Below are positions 6,850 to 17,042 of a stretch of 42,878 nt of DNA, one piece after another. Location of the stretch: positions 1 through 42,878 of the IMG/VR virus record IMGVR_UViG_3300045988_083839; one strand, written 5' to 3'. Every line of letters starts with the position of its first letter. Positions within the stretch are counted from its first letter, which is position 1. Origin of the DNA: a virus. Made by a program: the position numbers and the translations under genes. A model generated the notes under the pieces. It was not told the origin of the DNA. It made no database searches and saw nothing but the letters and a program-made list of their open reading frames with translations.

Positions 6850-7083
6850 TTACCGGGCTGCTGCCTCCGGGATGCCTGCGATGGATGTCGCTACAGACAG
6901 AATGCCAGACAGTACAGTTGCACTGCCTACCATCTGCCAGTTAACATCCCCCATCACAGCCGCTGTTCCAATTGTGGCCACAAACGTCTGTGCCATGGTT
7001 TTGACCGCTCTGATTCCTGCTGCCTTAATCCATGCCACAGTATCCACATCCGGACGAAAAACGCAATTTTTAAGCATATTCAT
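6850..7083 (-). CDS. Holin (r1t-type-like small membrane protein)
   Basis: 77 aa with the motif RAVKTMAQTFVATIG...W...SATVLSGILSVATSIAGIPE and two hydrophobic segments. It sits in the lysis region. Confidence 0.65.
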   Translation of the reverse strand: MNMLKNCVFRPDVDTVAWIKAAGIRAVKTMAQTFVATIGTAAVMGDVNWQMVGSATVLSGILSVATSIAGIPEAAAR

Positions 7084-7424
7084 TCCTCTCTTTCTGCCGG
7101 TTCTTCCGGCATTTCTAACAATGTATCTTTTAATTTTGTTGCTACATCATTACCGCCCAACGTGTGGTATGCATCATACATCCGCTTTACATTCTCTTTG
7201 CCATATATCGGGCAGTACTGCTTGTCCTGGTAATGGTTGTAGGCCTGTATGATGCGGTCACGGAGAAGAGCCTGCATTCCCTCGTGCAGGGCTGTATTTC
7301 GCTCTGCTTCGGCTTTTTGTCTTTTGGTAAGCTGACGATAGCCCCAACCCAAAAGGGCGGATATGGCTAAAAATAGCCACTCCACCCAGTGTAAAAAAAT
7401 GTACTGTACAATGTCTGTCAGCAT
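7080..7424 (-). CDS. N-terminally membrane-anchored protein upstream of holin, function unknown
   Basis: The TM segment is IFLHWVEWLFLAISALLGWGY. AGGAGGT RBS before ATG 7424. ATGA overlap with the holin start. Confidence 0.6.
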   Translation of the reverse strand: MLTDIVQYIFLHWVEWLFLAISALLGWGYRQLTKRQKAEAERNTALHEGMQALLRDRIIQAYNHYQDKQYCPIYGKENVKRMYDAYHTLGGNDVATKLKDTLLEMPEEPAEREE

Positions 7425-7452
7425 TACAGTACCTCCTGTCAATTTTTAATCA

Positions 7453-7656
7453 TTAATCGTGGTCACAATCCTTGTGTCCAGGACCACCCTCCTTATGTCC
7501 AGACTGAACAATATGGGGCTTTCCGGGAGTTGCGCCTCCGGTGTACTCATGTCCCTCGCCGGTGCTTAATACCTGGTTTTTCAGCGGCTCGCTGTCTTTT
7601 CCAACTGCTGGGCCTGCGTTTACGTAAGGGGTTTCAGATTTGTGTTTGATACTCAT
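7453..7656 (-). CDS. Small Gly/His-rich protein (67 aa), unknown
   Basis: AAAGGA RBS before ATG 7656. The product MSIKHKSETPYVNAG...GHKEGGPGHKDCDHD is low-complexity. Confidence 0.4.
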   Translation of the reverse strand: MSIKHKSETPYVNAGPAVGKDSEPLKNQVLSTGEGHEYTGGATPGKPHIVQSGHKEGGPGHKDCDHD

Positions 7657-7712
7657 GGTTTGTCCTTTCTGCCGCGTGACGGTGCGGCGCCGGTGTATAT
7701 TTAATAATGTAG

Positions 7713-8786
7713 TTACTTTTTGATTAGAGTCCAATACATAACTCGCAGTCCTGGATTTCCACTGATGTAAAGTTTTCCCTTCATCGTGACCTTGCTGAGT
7801 GATATATCATAATACGTCAAATTTGGGGTGGTAGGATATACATCGCCTGATTGAAATGTTGCTCGCACAGTGGGCGTACTGTCTTTAGGATCATCGTAAT
7901 AATAGATTCCAAAACTACAATTAACACTACTGTATGCAGGGTCTATATTACAGTAAACGCGTAATGTATCATACTGCCCAAGGTTGTATTCTTTATTTGT
8001 TTTGATAACGGCACTCGTATTCCACCAAAGACTACCACCTGAGATTCCACATTTGTCCGGAATGGAAAAACCGTCTATGTTTCCACTGTTTTGCGAAAGA
8101 TCCTTGCTGTAAATAACAGTCTCCTTGGCTACATATCCCTCAAACGTACCCATCACTCCACACAGTGCTACTCCTTTTTTTACCCTGTCAGCGGTAATGC
8201 CAAGAGCCTTCGCCACCTCAGCAAGTGTCTGGTATACCCAGCTGTTACCTGTTCCATCCGGGAGGTAATACCCTTCTGGAATGTAAAAATATAATCCCTG
8301 AGAATTCACGCCATTACTCAGAGCTTTCGTAGCTGCAGTTTTTTGGTTTGGAATGGGCTCAATAATCACATTGCCAGTCATATATTGATTGGCTGTCCAA
8401 AGAGTATGTCTTGACAGTTTGGGTACTACTTTCTGCTCACCAAGTGTTGATATGCCCTGGTCAACATAACCATTTCCGTTGTGGTATCCCTCTGGAATCA
8501 TTACCTTGTCATTAATCTCCAATCTGGATGTCCATGCTCCTCTCTGGGTCACTGTAGGGCCGTAAACCTCCCCGGATCCATCATGATACCCTTCCGGGAC
8601 GGTAACATGATCATTCATACCAACTGCAGCTCCCCAGTTTTCGCGATCGACCATCGTTCCCTCTTCAATATCGCCCTCACTGTTCATAAACGTGTAAGGA
8701 CTTTTTACGTATTCGGCGGAAGCTGTAATTTCATCCAGATTTCCACCCCCACCTCCGCCGGAAATGGGAAACAAAATATCACTCAT
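7713..8786 (-). CDS. Tail fiber / receptor-binding protein
   Basis: Follows the baseplate genes. It has an N-terminal Gly run and repeated V/IPEGYH(D/N)G(S/N)G motifs. ATGA coupling to the upstream gene. Confidence 0.65.
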   Translation of the reverse strand: MSDILFPISGGGGGGNLDEITASAEYVKSPYTFMNSEGDIEEGTMVDRENWGAAVGMNDHVTVPEGYHDGSGEVYGPTVTQRGAWTSRLEINDKVMIPEGYHNGNGYVDQGISTLGEQKVVPKLSRHTLWTANQYMTGNVIIEPIPNQKTAATKALSNGVNSQGLYFYIPEGYYLPDGTGNSWVYQTLAEVAKALGITADRVKKGVALCGVMGTFEGYVAKETVIYSKDLSQNSGNIDGFSIPDKCGISGGSLWWNTSAVIKTNKEYNLGQYDTLRVYCNIDPAYSSVNCSFGIYYYDDPKDSTPTVRATFQSGDVYPTTPNLTYYDISLSKVTMKGKLYISGNPGLRVMYWTLIKK

Positions 8787-9196
8787 GTGCTACTCACCCC
8801 CACAAGTTTAATTTTAAAATCAGACGTTGGTTTCTTTTTGGGGCAATAAAAAATTGCCTGTCCATTTTGCGCTACGCCAAACTTGACCATGGCTGCCATT
8901 TTCTCCCAGGTTTCAATAGATGATAATGGTGTGCTGGATGTAACTGCAGACATTACGCGGATAATATCCGTTGATTTCATTCCAGGCACAGATACTGTTT
9001 GACTATATGGAGCTGAGGAACCTACCCAGCGAGACGCATATAGGGTAATCTCCACTACTCGGTCTGCTTTGGCTGCCGCAGTCTCAACCTCTTTCATTTT
9101 TTTATCAATCTTGTCCATATTGCCGTTGAGCACGCTGATATCAACAAGGTCTGTTGGATCTGGTTTTGCCAGATTGTAATTTCCGGTATATTTCAC
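8783..9196 (-). CDS. Tail fiber-associated protein (137 aa)
   Basis: GTG 9196 with GGAGGTG 5 nt upstream and a GTGA overlap with the upstream stop. The N-terminus KYTGNYNLAKPDPTDLVDISVLNGNMDKID is typical of fiber N-termini. Confidence 0.55.
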   Translation of the reverse strand: MKYTGNYNLAKPDPTDLVDISVLNGNMDKIDKKMKEVETAAAKADRVVEITLYASRWVGSSAPYSQTVSVPGMKSTDIIRVMSAVTSSTPLSSIETWEKMAAMVKFGVAQNGQAIFYCPKKKPTSDFKIKLVGVSST

Positions 9197-9726
9197 GATT
9201 TCACCTCCCTGATAGTTTGCCAGGTATACCCAGATGCTCTCTGCCATGTCATCTTTGCTACATCCTGCCATGTATTGTAGATATACTCATATATCACTTC
9301 CAGATGAGCAGGCTTAACATCCTCAATAGCTGATTTTAATCCCGTCATATTTTCCGGGATGCCAAGCTGACCCACGAAGCGGATATAAAATCTGCTGTTG
9401 GCGTTATCCTCAATTACCTCCACCTCAGCACCAGAAAACTTTTCTGCTACATCCTTGATCATCTGCTTTGTTGTAGTTCCGGTTCCGGACAACTTCGCCA
9501 AAATCTGCTCCTGGCGGGAAGTATCACTTAGGGAACCGTCTGTCTTAATACCAAGGATTGTCTCCCATCTGGAAAGCAGTGTTGTAGCCAGCTGAGGAAA
9601 ACACTGATTGACTGTCACTTTAAGCCCTGCATCCAGCTTATCCGTCTCCTCTGATAACACATTTTGCAATGTGGTCATCGTTTCGTTGTCCTGGTAATAA
9701 TCTGGCAGTAATTTAATCAGTTCCAA
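9193..9726 (-). CDS. XkdU/DUF2313-like baseplate/tail protein
   Basis: LLPDYYQDNETMTTLQNVLSEE...LSRWETILGI is a DUF2313 pattern. TTG start with a GGAGG 9 nt upstream. Confidence 0.75.
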   Translation of the reverse strand: MELIKLLPDYYQDNETMTTLQNVLSEETDKLDAGLKVTVNQCFPQLATTLLSRWETILGIKTDGSLSDTSRQEQILAKLSGTGTTTKQMIKDVAEKFSGAEVEVIEDNANSRFYIRFVGQLGIPENMTGLKSAIEDVKPAHLEVIYEYIYNTWQDVAKMTWQRASGYTWQTIREVKS

Positions 9727-10747
9727 CCATGCTCACCTCCGATAACGATACTGTCCCCTTAACCGGGATTTGCTTGGCTCCAATCATGACATTCCCGTTT
9801 TTACCGTTAATCAGCAGCGTGTCAAAATCCTCCACACCAAGGATGTCCAGCAACAAATTTCCGATTTTTGCATAGCTTACACGGTAATTCTCAAAAATCA
9901 TGTCCTTTAAAAACTCATCCAGCGCTGCCTCAAAGTCCTGCTTTATCTCTGACGCTGTACGGCTTTTATCTAACAGAATATTGGCTGTCACATTAATTGT
10001 GAGAGCCTGTGGCGATTGTACTGTTACCGTGGCCCCAATAGGGCGCACTGTATCGATATAGGACTGCACTTTTGGTACAATCCCGCTGGATATCGCTTTT
10101 TTATCATCCACAACCAGAACTGTCACGGTTCCAGGGCCGCCATCAAGCGGTATTGCCTTGGCTGCCCCAGTCCCTGGCACCTCCAGAGCCCACTGGATGT
10201 AATGATTTGCATTTCCGGATGTGACCGGAAGCCGTGCTTTAATGTAAAACCGCTGCCTTAATGCCTCATCGCTCTCCGTGTCTGTTCCTGGCGTGATAAT
10301 ATCAGTCAGGCTTGCTGTAATCCCTACGATGCCATTTGTAATAGGCTGCAGCTGGCCGGAATATTGGTTTCCCTTATCTCCTGCCGTTGTACAGATTGCG
10401 TGGTAAACATTTGTGCTGTCCATCCGGTCGATCCGGTACACTAGCTCATTTATCCCCCATAAACTCCCAACCGGCACAGATGCAGACGTCTCTACCTTAC
10501 GCATTGCTGCCGTTGCAGGTTTGCGGATAATGCCCCACCCTCCAACTGCTCTGTCCAGATATTCCCCAACAGCGGTATCCGGAAGAACCAAGTCAAGGAA
10601 ATTATCCAGCTGAAATCCCATCTGGGTAAGAAAATAAGCGCATGGAGCAATCGCATCAAAAATCACACTGCCCTCGCGCTTATCTACGTCATTTTTAACT
10701 CTATCAAGAAGAGCCCGCACCAGCTCCTCATACGTCATTTTTGTCAT
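9713..10747 (-). CDS. Baseplate J-like protein (XkdT-like)
   Basis: Size, position and sequence pattern match the baseplate J/gp47 family. Confidence 0.8.
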   Translation of the reverse strand: MTKMTYEELVRALLDRVKNDVDKREGSVIFDAIAPCAYFLTQMGFQLDNFLDLVLPDTAVGEYLDRAVGGWGIIRKPATAAMRKVETSASVPVGSLWGINELVYRIDRMDSTNVYHAICTTAGDKGNQYSGQLQPITNGIVGITASLTDIITPGTDTESDEALRQRFYIKARLPVTSGNANHYIQWALEVPGTGAAKAIPLDGGPGTVTVLVVDDKKAISSGIVPKVQSYIDTVRPIGATVTVQSPQALTINVTANILLDKSRTASEIKQDFEAALDEFLKDMIFENYRVSYAKIGNLLLDILGVEDFDTLLINGKNGNVMIGAKQIPVKGTVSLSEVSMVGTD

Positions 10748-11127
10748 ATCTTGCCCTCCGTTGTCACCCTGATATCTCCGTAAATACTGGACACATCAAA
10801 AGAGCAGTGACAGGAATCGCCGGAAAAAGAAAACTCAAAGCCATCTACTGACTGAATTCTGTCATCGCGCATAAGCAACTCCTCCACCATCCGGCGAAGC
10901 TCTGCCCGGACATAAGAACGATCCTCTCCTATCAGTTGTTTCCATGCAATCCCATACTGAAAACTATAGATTGGGTATTCATATTGCTCTGTCGATAGAG
11001 CTTTATAAATACTCTGTTTCAGAGCCTCCATACCGTCTACAAAGCCCGCAATCTGCGTATCTGACATTTTATACGTCCTATCTATATAAGACTGCTCCTT
11101 GACCGTCAAATCAATCGTCAATGCCAT
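10744..11127 (-). CDS. XkdS/DUF2634-like baseplate protein
   Basis: IKQSIYKALSTEQYEYPIYSFQYGI pattern. Syntenic with PBSX xkdS. Confidence 0.7.
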   Translation of the reverse strand: MALTIDLTVKEQSYIDRTYKMSDTQIAGFVDGMEALKQSIYKALSTEQYEYPIYSFQYGIAWKQLIGEDRSYVRAELRRMVEELLMRDDRIQSVDGFEFSFSGDSCHCSFDVSSIYGDIRVTTEGKI

Positions 11128-11405
11128 CAGGGCACCTCCTTAATCTGGTAAGGCTTGCCAACAATCTCCAGAATATAATACTCATGCCCGCCGTCATTGC
11201 GCAAAAGCCTTACTTTATCTCCTGGGGTCAGCTTTTTTACCATGTTGCCGGATATCATGGACATTGGGACTGGAAGCTGCCCAACCATTACGGCGGTTCC
11301 GGTATAGGTCCCAATCAGAACAGCGGACGGTTTCCTGTTTTTCATGTAGTTATCAACTACAGTCTTTATCAGCTCAAAAAATTGAGTCATTACAATCTTA
11401 TCCAT
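11127..11405 (-). CDS. XkdR/DUF2577-like baseplate protein
   Basis: 92 aa, in the syntenic position between the XkdQ-like and XkdS-like genes. Confidence 0.6.
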   Translation of the reverse strand: MDKIVMTQFFELIKTVVDNYMKNRKPSAVLIGTYTGTAVMVGQLPVPMSMISGNMVKKLTPGDKVRLLRNDGGHEYYILEIVGKPYQIKEVP

Positions 11406-12351
11406 CTGCCATCACCTCCACTGTCATTTTGTGAACCGGAAGAAAATCATGCGTTACCTTTTTTACAATCAGCCGCCGATTTAAGTCAATGTCCGCAATA
11501 CTGCCATAGATACTGTTTCCTGCGCGCACCCGAAGGTCTCCCAAGCACTCCAGTTTCAATGTCTCCTGCTCGTGATTATAGAGTTTTAAAAGGTTATTTG
11601 CCCGTTCCTGCGCCTTGGCTGCGTTATCAATCCCGGATGGAGAGGATTCCAGGTATTGCAGTAGCCCATACCGGTTCACGGCAGTCTGTTCAACGGACAT
11701 CCCCACATCTATTTTTCCGGATGCCTCGTCCTTCCAGACAACTTTGATTTTGTTGTAATACTCCTCATCAATGGATTTTTCCCAACTATATCCAGTGCAC
11801 AGACTATCATCCCCCAGTACCAGAGGTAGTTGCAGGTTGCGCATATTCCACAGGCACACTTTTCCATATTCATCCCGCAGGCAAAAATACTCCTGTGTGC
11901 CTATCAGGGTGTCTGATACCGCCTGCGTAACATGATCAATCCACGTCTTTTCATAGTCTGCAATGGTCGGCAAAACAAAACCTGAATCCTCTATGGTCCC
12001 AGGCGTAAGAGATAGAGCGGTACACATATTTGATACAAGATTCTTAAGGGTGCCGCCCTCTAAAACAACAATATCTTTGTTTTTTGTGTACCGAAGTTGG
12101 TCGTAAGCCTTAACGGTAATTGTCCCTGTCTCGTCTCCAGATACCTTAAAAACAGAGCCAAAAAAGATACCGTCAGCCTGATTGTTGTCTGTAAGTCTAA
12201 CGACATCTCCGTTTTGCAAAGTAAGGCCATTTTTGAGGTAGGACACCTCTAAGCTGCTCGCTCCATTATTAAGAGCATCTGTCCAGGATATATCCTTACA
12301 CATATCGGAGATATCGTAGATGCTCCCCTGGCTCTCAACCAGTAATTCCAT
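11398..12351 (-). CDS. XkdQ-like (late control D / baseplate hub-like) protein
   Basis: 317 aa, syntenic after the LysM protein and tape measure. Confidence 0.65.
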   Translation of the reverse strand: MELLVESQGSIYDISDMCKDISWTDALNNGASSLEVSYLKNGLTLQNGDVVRLTDNNQADGIFFGSVFKVSGDETGTITVKAYDQLRYTKNKDIVVLEGGTLKNLVSNMCTALSLTPGTIEDSGFVLPTIADYEKTWIDHVTQAVSDTLIGTQEYFCLRDEYGKVCLWNMRNLQLPLVLGDDSLCTGYSWEKSIDEEYYNKIKVVWKDEASGKIDVGMSVEQTAVNRYGLLQYLESSPSGIDNAAKAQERANNLLKLYNHEQETLKLECLGDLRVRAGNSIYGSIADIDLNRRLIVKKVTHDFLPVHKMTVEVMADG

Positions 12352-12363
12352 GACCTCACCTCC

Positions 12364-13029
12364 TTAAGCCGGGATCGTCAAAATCTGGCCATCATAAATC
12401 AGGTTTGGATTTTTAATGGCTGGATTCGCTGCGGCTATTTTGGGATACAGGCTGCCATTGCCATAATACCGCTTTGCCAGCCCCCACAGCGTATCCCCTG
12501 ACTGTACCGTATGGGTTTTGTCATCTGTTACCGCCGGATTGCTTTCCGGCTCCTTTGGGGCTTCCTCCTGCTTGATAGCGGTGCTCTCCGTGGTTGGCAC
12601 TGCTACATACCGCTTACCCGGAGCTTTATACTCCTGCAGCTTAATAGTCAGATACTTATCCCCTTCCTCACCGGCTTTCTCTACTGCCTCCACGCTTTTC
12701 ACAAGGACCATCATACTGATGTCATCTGTAATGTCATTGGAGGCAATAAAACGCACCGGCTGGAGTTCCTTTTGCGCTCTCCGGAACATCTTTTCGTAGT
12801 AATCTGCATCTGCCCTCGCTCCGGATTCCATATAGTGATACCTCTGACTGGGGAACTCTGCCTCAAAACTGATAGTTTCTAACTCACTATATACAGGTAT
12901 GGAGACCTGCCCGGTGCCAAGCACCTGGTAAGTCTCCACATTCATGCTTCGTTCTCGCTTTAGTTCCTCTGGATTAACCGGGAGCTTGTACTTTTTGCCC
13001 TTGAATTTAAAATAAATTGAATAGCTCAT
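12364..13029 (-). CDS. LysM-domain tail protein (XkdP-like)
   Basis: The C-terminal LysM is HTVQSGDTLWGLAKRYYGNGSLYPKIAAANP...IYDGQILTIP. Confidence 0.8.
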   Translation of the reverse strand: MSYSIYFKFKGKKYKLPVNPEELKRERSMNVETYQVLGTGQVSIPVYSELETISFEAEFPSQRYHYMESGARADADYYEKMFRRAQKELQPVRFIASNDITDDISMMVLVKSVEAVEKAGEEGDKYLTIKLQEYKAPGKRYVAVPTTESTAIKQEEAPKEPESNPAVTDDKTHTVQSGDTLWGLAKRYYGNGSLYPKIAAANPAIKNPNLIYDGQILTIPA

Positions 13030-14906
13030 TATACAGGCACCCCCTCCGGAGCTGTGGCTATGATGTCCTTTAACTCGTTGACCACATGCGTCATTACACT
13101 GTCAGTATCAGTCTCTTTTGTGATGGGGCCAGAAAATTCTACACGGATATTTGGTGCAAGGGTATTCTGGGCGATACGTGCAACATAGTCACGTTCTGCC
13201 AGTTTCCGCATCCACTCAATATCTTCGCTGTCAGCCTCTACTTTTACGGCTCCTCCCTTTCCAGTGCCTTTTACGACCGCTGGATTTCCGGCGGTAAAAA
13301 ACTGAGAATAATCCATACCGCCGGCATCCGGATTTATACCAGATATGCCAGAAAAATTCCAATTATCCACAAAACCACCAAGCGCTTTGCCTGCGTTTAA
13401 TCCGCCTTGAATTGCTCCAATGGTACTCTTAGAATCCATTCTAAACGCATCCAAAGAAACATAATTTGAATCCTTAAATCCATCTGCAAAATTTTGACCT
13501 CTGGAAATAAATTGCCCCACCGCTCCCGCCAAATTGCTTCCAAAAACAGCATCAATTGCCTCTGCAATGGATTTTATAACATTTAAAACACTGATGCTCA
13601 TATTGACAAATAAGTTGACAATTGATGCAAGGGGATTGGTAAAAACATTCGCCAAAAACTCTGCAAACGAAACAAATAAATTCCACAAACTCGCTACGAT
13701 ATTATACCCCAGTGCATAAAACGTTCCAAGCAAACCGCCAATAAAACTAAACGTTGTACTAAAAGAAACCCCCGCAGAATTTAATGCCATGATAACCATC
13801 CCGATTAGACCGACAATCAAAAGCAATGGCCAATGCGCGAGCATAGTTGCTCCGGCTGCCAAAAACATTTTTGACGCCCAAAGTCCTGCCATAATAATTG
13901 CTACGGAGAAAAATGTTTGAACAATTGGCCCACCTGCAACAATAGCATCCACTAGCGTATTAAAACCGCCAGACACAAAAGAAAGTCCTGCATTCCAGCC
14001 GTCTAAAATCTGTCCGAAGCTAGAGCTATTTAGCATTCCGCTCACTTTTTCAAACCCGCCGCCAAATGTTTCAAGGAAGCTATTGAGCATCATGGTGCCA
14101 ACATCTCCAAAAGTCATTGGCATTGTATTGAATTTTTCCTCAATATCACCTGCCGCCTGGAACATAGCATTTTTGACGATGTCAGCTGTGATAAGTCCCT
14201 GAGAGGACAGTTCTTTCAGCTCTCCCTTGCTCTTTCCCATATACTGAGCAATGGCGTCTGCTACCATGGGCGCATTTTCCATCACAGAACGGAATTCATC
14301 GCCCTGCAATCGTCCGGCAGCCATAGCCTGTGTAAGCTGTAAGAATGCAGAATTTTGTTCTGCTGTACCGGCTCTGGAAACCTTAAGGGATTTTGTCAAA
14401 AGTTCTGTAAATGCAACTGCTTCCTGGTTGCTTCCAAAACTATCCCCGGCAAGCATCCGAAGCTTTGCAACAGCTCCAGCCATATCATTGTAGCCTCCAC
14501 GAGACCGCCTGGCCGCTGCAAAAATATCACCCCGAAGTGCCGCCCCTTCTTCCGGTGTCGAAGTTATCATATTGAGCCTGGCATTAGAATTTGTATAAGT
14601 ATCTATGGCGCCCATTGCACTTTTTAGGGCCGCCAGGCCAAGCGCACTGCGGACAAGGGTTTTAAGAGTCCCGTTTGTCTTTTCTGCGCTTTTCTGGAAC
14701 CTATCCATGCTTTTGCTTGCTCTGTCAAATGTGGGAGCCGCTGTCTGTGCCGCTTTCCCAGAGTTTTTTATAGATTTTTCTACCTTATCAGCTGCCTTAG
14801 AGGTCGAAAGCATCCGGTCTGTTGCACGGTCTGTTTTCTGGATAATTTTTTGAATTTGGGAGCTGTAGCCGTCCATAAGCTTAAACATGGTACTTAATGT
14901 GGCCAT
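13029..14906 (-). CDS. Tape measure protein
   Basis: 625 aa, alpha-helical and Gly/Ala-rich with a hydrophobic central segment. Lies directly after the chaperone frameshift pair. Confidence 0.85.
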   Translation of the reverse strand: MATLSTMFKLMDGYSSQIQKIIQKTDRATDRMLSTSKAADKVEKSIKNSGKAAQTAAPTFDRASKSMDRFQKSAEKTNGTLKTLVRSALGLAALKSAMGAIDTYTNSNARLNMITSTPEEGAALRGDIFAAARRSRGGYNDMAGAVAKLRMLAGDSFGSNQEAVAFTELLTKSLKVSRAGTAEQNSAFLQLTQAMAAGRLQGDEFRSVMENAPMVADAIAQYMGKSKGELKELSSQGLITADIVKNAMFQAAGDIEEKFNTMPMTFGDVGTMMLNSFLETFGGGFEKVSGMLNSSSFGQILDGWNAGLSFVSGGFNTLVDAIVAGGPIVQTFFSVAIIMAGLWASKMFLAAGATMLAHWPLLLIVGLIGMVIMALNSAGVSFSTTFSFIGGLLGTFYALGYNIVASLWNLFVSFAEFLANVFTNPLASIVNLFVNMSISVLNVIKSIAEAIDAVFGSNLAGAVGQFISRGQNFADGFKDSNYVSLDAFRMDSKSTIGAIQGGLNAGKALGGFVDNWNFSGISGINPDAGGMDYSQFFTAGNPAVVKGTGKGGAVKVEADSEDIEWMRKLAERDYVARIAQNTLAPNIRVEFSGPITKETDTDSVMTHVVNELKDIIATAPEGVPV

Positions 14907-14917
14907 TCTGTCACCTC

Positions 14918-15483
14918 CTAAATTTTACTTGCCAGTATCTTTTCCTCCTCTGCCCTAAGGTCAATACTGGCAAAAATAAACGCCCGCTCCTGCTGGCTCA
15001 TACTGTCCAGCTCAGATGGGCGAATGTGAAGTCTTTGCAGAGCGAAATGGGCATAATTAAATTCTACGTCACCCTGCTTTATTCGTTTTTTGCTTCTTCA
15101 ATATCATCGTTGATGTCCATATCAAATCCGGAAAGCTTCTGAATCTCTTCCAGAAGTGTTGCATACTCTCCAGCGTATAACATAACAGAAAGAAGCTTGG
15201 AAGCGCCAAGAACACCATAGCATTTCTGGAGCTCTGCATTGTTAAGTGGTGGTTCTACCACTGCTGCAGCTGTAAGCTCCTGATTGTACTGGATGCGATT
15301 AAAAATCTCTACTCCCTGTTTGTCCACCTTGCGGTGCTTTTTCATCAAATCTTCATTTTCCGCCTGCGTAATTGGGCGAATCACAAAAGGAACCGGCTCT
15401 CCGTTCTCCTGGAACCGGTCAGAAATAATAACTTCCTTGTTTTCAGTTTTGACAGGGTTTAAAAATGCACTTAAACTTCCCAT
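14918..15483 (-). CDS. Tail assembly chaperone, -1 frameshift-extended product
   Basis: After slippage at A_AAA_AAC the -1 frame stays open for 55 codons (RIKQGDVEFNYAHFALQRLHIRPSELDSMSQQERAFIFASIDLRAEEEKILASKI*). It ends at TAG 14918-14920, inside the tape-measure RBS. Confidence 0.7.
15079..15483 (-). CDS. Tail assembly chaperone (XkdN-like), zero-frame product
   Basis: 134 aa between the tube and tape measure genes. It ends ...DIEEAKNE*. Confidence 0.75.
   Translation of the reverse strand: MGSLSAFLNPVKTENKEVIISDRFQENGEPVPFVIRPITQAENEDLMKKHRKVDKQGVEIFNRIQYNQELTAAAVVEPPLNNAELQKCYGVLGASKLLSVMLYAGEYATLLEEIQKLSGFDMDINDDIEEAKNE
15085..15091 (-). promoter_or_regulatory. Programmed -1 ribosomal frameshift slippery heptamer A_AAA_AAC
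   Basis: The plus strand reads gtttttt. The heptamer is in the zero frame as GCA AAA AAC, two codons before the chaperone stop. Confidence 0.7.
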
Positions 15484-15496
15484 AATCTAATCTCCT

Positions 15497-15979
15497 TTAC
15501 CTCATATTTTCCGGGAATACATAGGATTCCAGGTTGTCTACATCGTCAAAAGTAAAATCTGTATCCGATGAATTTAAGTCCTCGCTACCATCTTCCAGAT
15601 ATACAACAGGAACCTTTGAGAGGATGCAGTTGCGCATTACCACAACTCTGCGGCCAATCGTCGAACTGGAATCCTCATTTGTGGTCTGGATGCTGATAGA
15701 TGGAGTTTTTCCTTCATCGATGTACTTCTGGTAAATCGCAAGGGTAGCGGGACTGACGTTGTAAATACCTAAAGTTCCCTTGCCTTCAGCTCCTACAACC
15801 TTATGCTGCTTCATTCGATGCCCTAACAGCTTTTTGGCGATAACAGTAAACTCGATGCTTGCTTCAACCTTTGCGAGCTCGAAAAAATACCGGTTCTCGC
15901 CATCAATAGTGATGTAGGCGCTTCCCTCGCTGCCTGTTACCAGATCAGCAATTTTTGTATAATTATTACCTTTTCCCAT
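15497..15979 (-). CDS. Tail tube protein (XkdM-like)
   Basis: 160 aa directly after the sheath gene, with an XkdM-like sequence pattern. Confidence 0.8.
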   Translation of the reverse strand: MGKGNNYTKIADLVTGSEGSAYITIDGENRYFFELAKVEASIEFTVIAKKLLGHRMKQHKVVGAEGKGTLGIYNVSPATLAIYQKYIDEGKTPSISIQTTNEDSSSTIGRRVVVMRNCILSKVPVVYLEDGSEDLNSSDTDFTFDDVDNLESYVFPENMR

Positions 15980-15989
15980 GGTCTACCTC

Positions 15990-17039
15990 CTACTGTAAAT
16001 TGACCGTCATGTAGAGCTTTTCTGCACTGTCCACGGGTTCAACATAGATATCTACCAACATTGCATCAATATCGTCGCCTGGAGCAACCGTAATATCATC
16101 TGGGTTAAAATTATCAATCGCAGACATATTCTGGAGGCTTGAAAAATAATCCACCAGCGCAGACTTAAACAGCAGCCTACCGTCTGTATTGTTGTTGATT
16201 TTACCCATGTAGTTGCTTTTAAAAATGGATGCAATATCATTCGCAATATTGTCCAGGGTGCGAATTACGCGGTTTTTAGACAGGTCTTTTGACTTCTCCG
16301 GAGTAAACGTAGTCAGGGAGTTAATGTCGTATACAACTGTCACATTCTGGGCACTGTCTACGTCAAAAATCAGCTTGCCTGCCTTTACCGCAGTTTCTTT
16401 TTCGGTTTTGGTCATGCGCGGATCCACGTCAATCGCGCCTGTATATTTCATTCCGGTGTTTGATGTGGTCATGCTGGCTCCTGCAGTTGCTCCGGCTACC
16501 CACGCAGTAGCTTCAGCAGCTGCCAGCTTACTGCCATCTGCCATCACAACACCCTGCGCCACATTAATAACACCCTCATAGTCTCCAACATGGTTCGCGA
16601 GTACCGCCTGACACTTTACTCCCTCATCCTCTCTCATGGTTTTAATCCAGGATGCGATTGCGGTTTTATTTGCTGTAGCCGTTCCTGGGGTTGTGTCATA
16701 CGGATAGCACAGCACGTCAAATTTGACCGTCTTTAACTTTGCCAGTGCCTTGTTGATGGAATCTGTGGTGTGGGAATCCGGAAGCTTATAAATCAGCACT
16801 GTTTTGGCCTTTTTCAGGGCCTCAACGACCAGCTTCTTATCAGAAGCAACTGCCCCCTCTGGATATCCCTGCTCGGTTACAGTAACCGTGTACAGATTCT
16901 CATCTTCACCCACTGTCATTTCCTGCAAAATGACAACGACTCCTCTGTCCCCCGGAGTGATAGACAGCGGCTCACTGGTTTTGATATTGATATAGGCTCC
17001 GGGCAAAACCTTATTCTGGGTTTCCCATGTTCCTGCCAT
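15990..17039 (-). CDS. Contractile tail sheath protein (XkdK-like)
   Basis: 349 aa. The N-terminus MAGTWETQNKVLPGAYINIKT is typical of sheath proteins. Confidence 0.85.
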   Translation of the reverse strand: MAGTWETQNKVLPGAYINIKTSEPLSITPGDRGVVVILQEMTVGEDENLYTVTVTEQGYPEGAVASDKKLVVEALKKAKTVLIYKLPDSHTTDSINKALAKLKTVKFDVLCYPYDTTPGTATANKTAIASWIKTMREDEGVKCQAVLANHVGDYEGVINVAQGVVMADGSKLAAAEATAWVAGATAGASMTTSNTGMKYTGAIDVDPRMTKTEKETAVKAGKLIFDVDSAQNVTVVYDINSLTTFTPEKSKDLSKNRVIRTLDNIANDIASIFKSNYMGKINNNTDGRLLFKSALVDYFSSLQNMSAIDNFNPDDITVAPGDDIDAMLVDIYVEPVDSAEKLYMTVNLQ

Positions 17040-17042
17040 GGT

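Noticed and set aside
11121-11747. Long antisense ORFs such as 11121..11747 (+), 34062..34616 (+), 37548..38102 (+) and 40205..40729 (+)
   Set aside because: All lie opposite well-supported minus-strand genes. They lack an RBS and encode Pro/Ser/Cys-rich nonsense.
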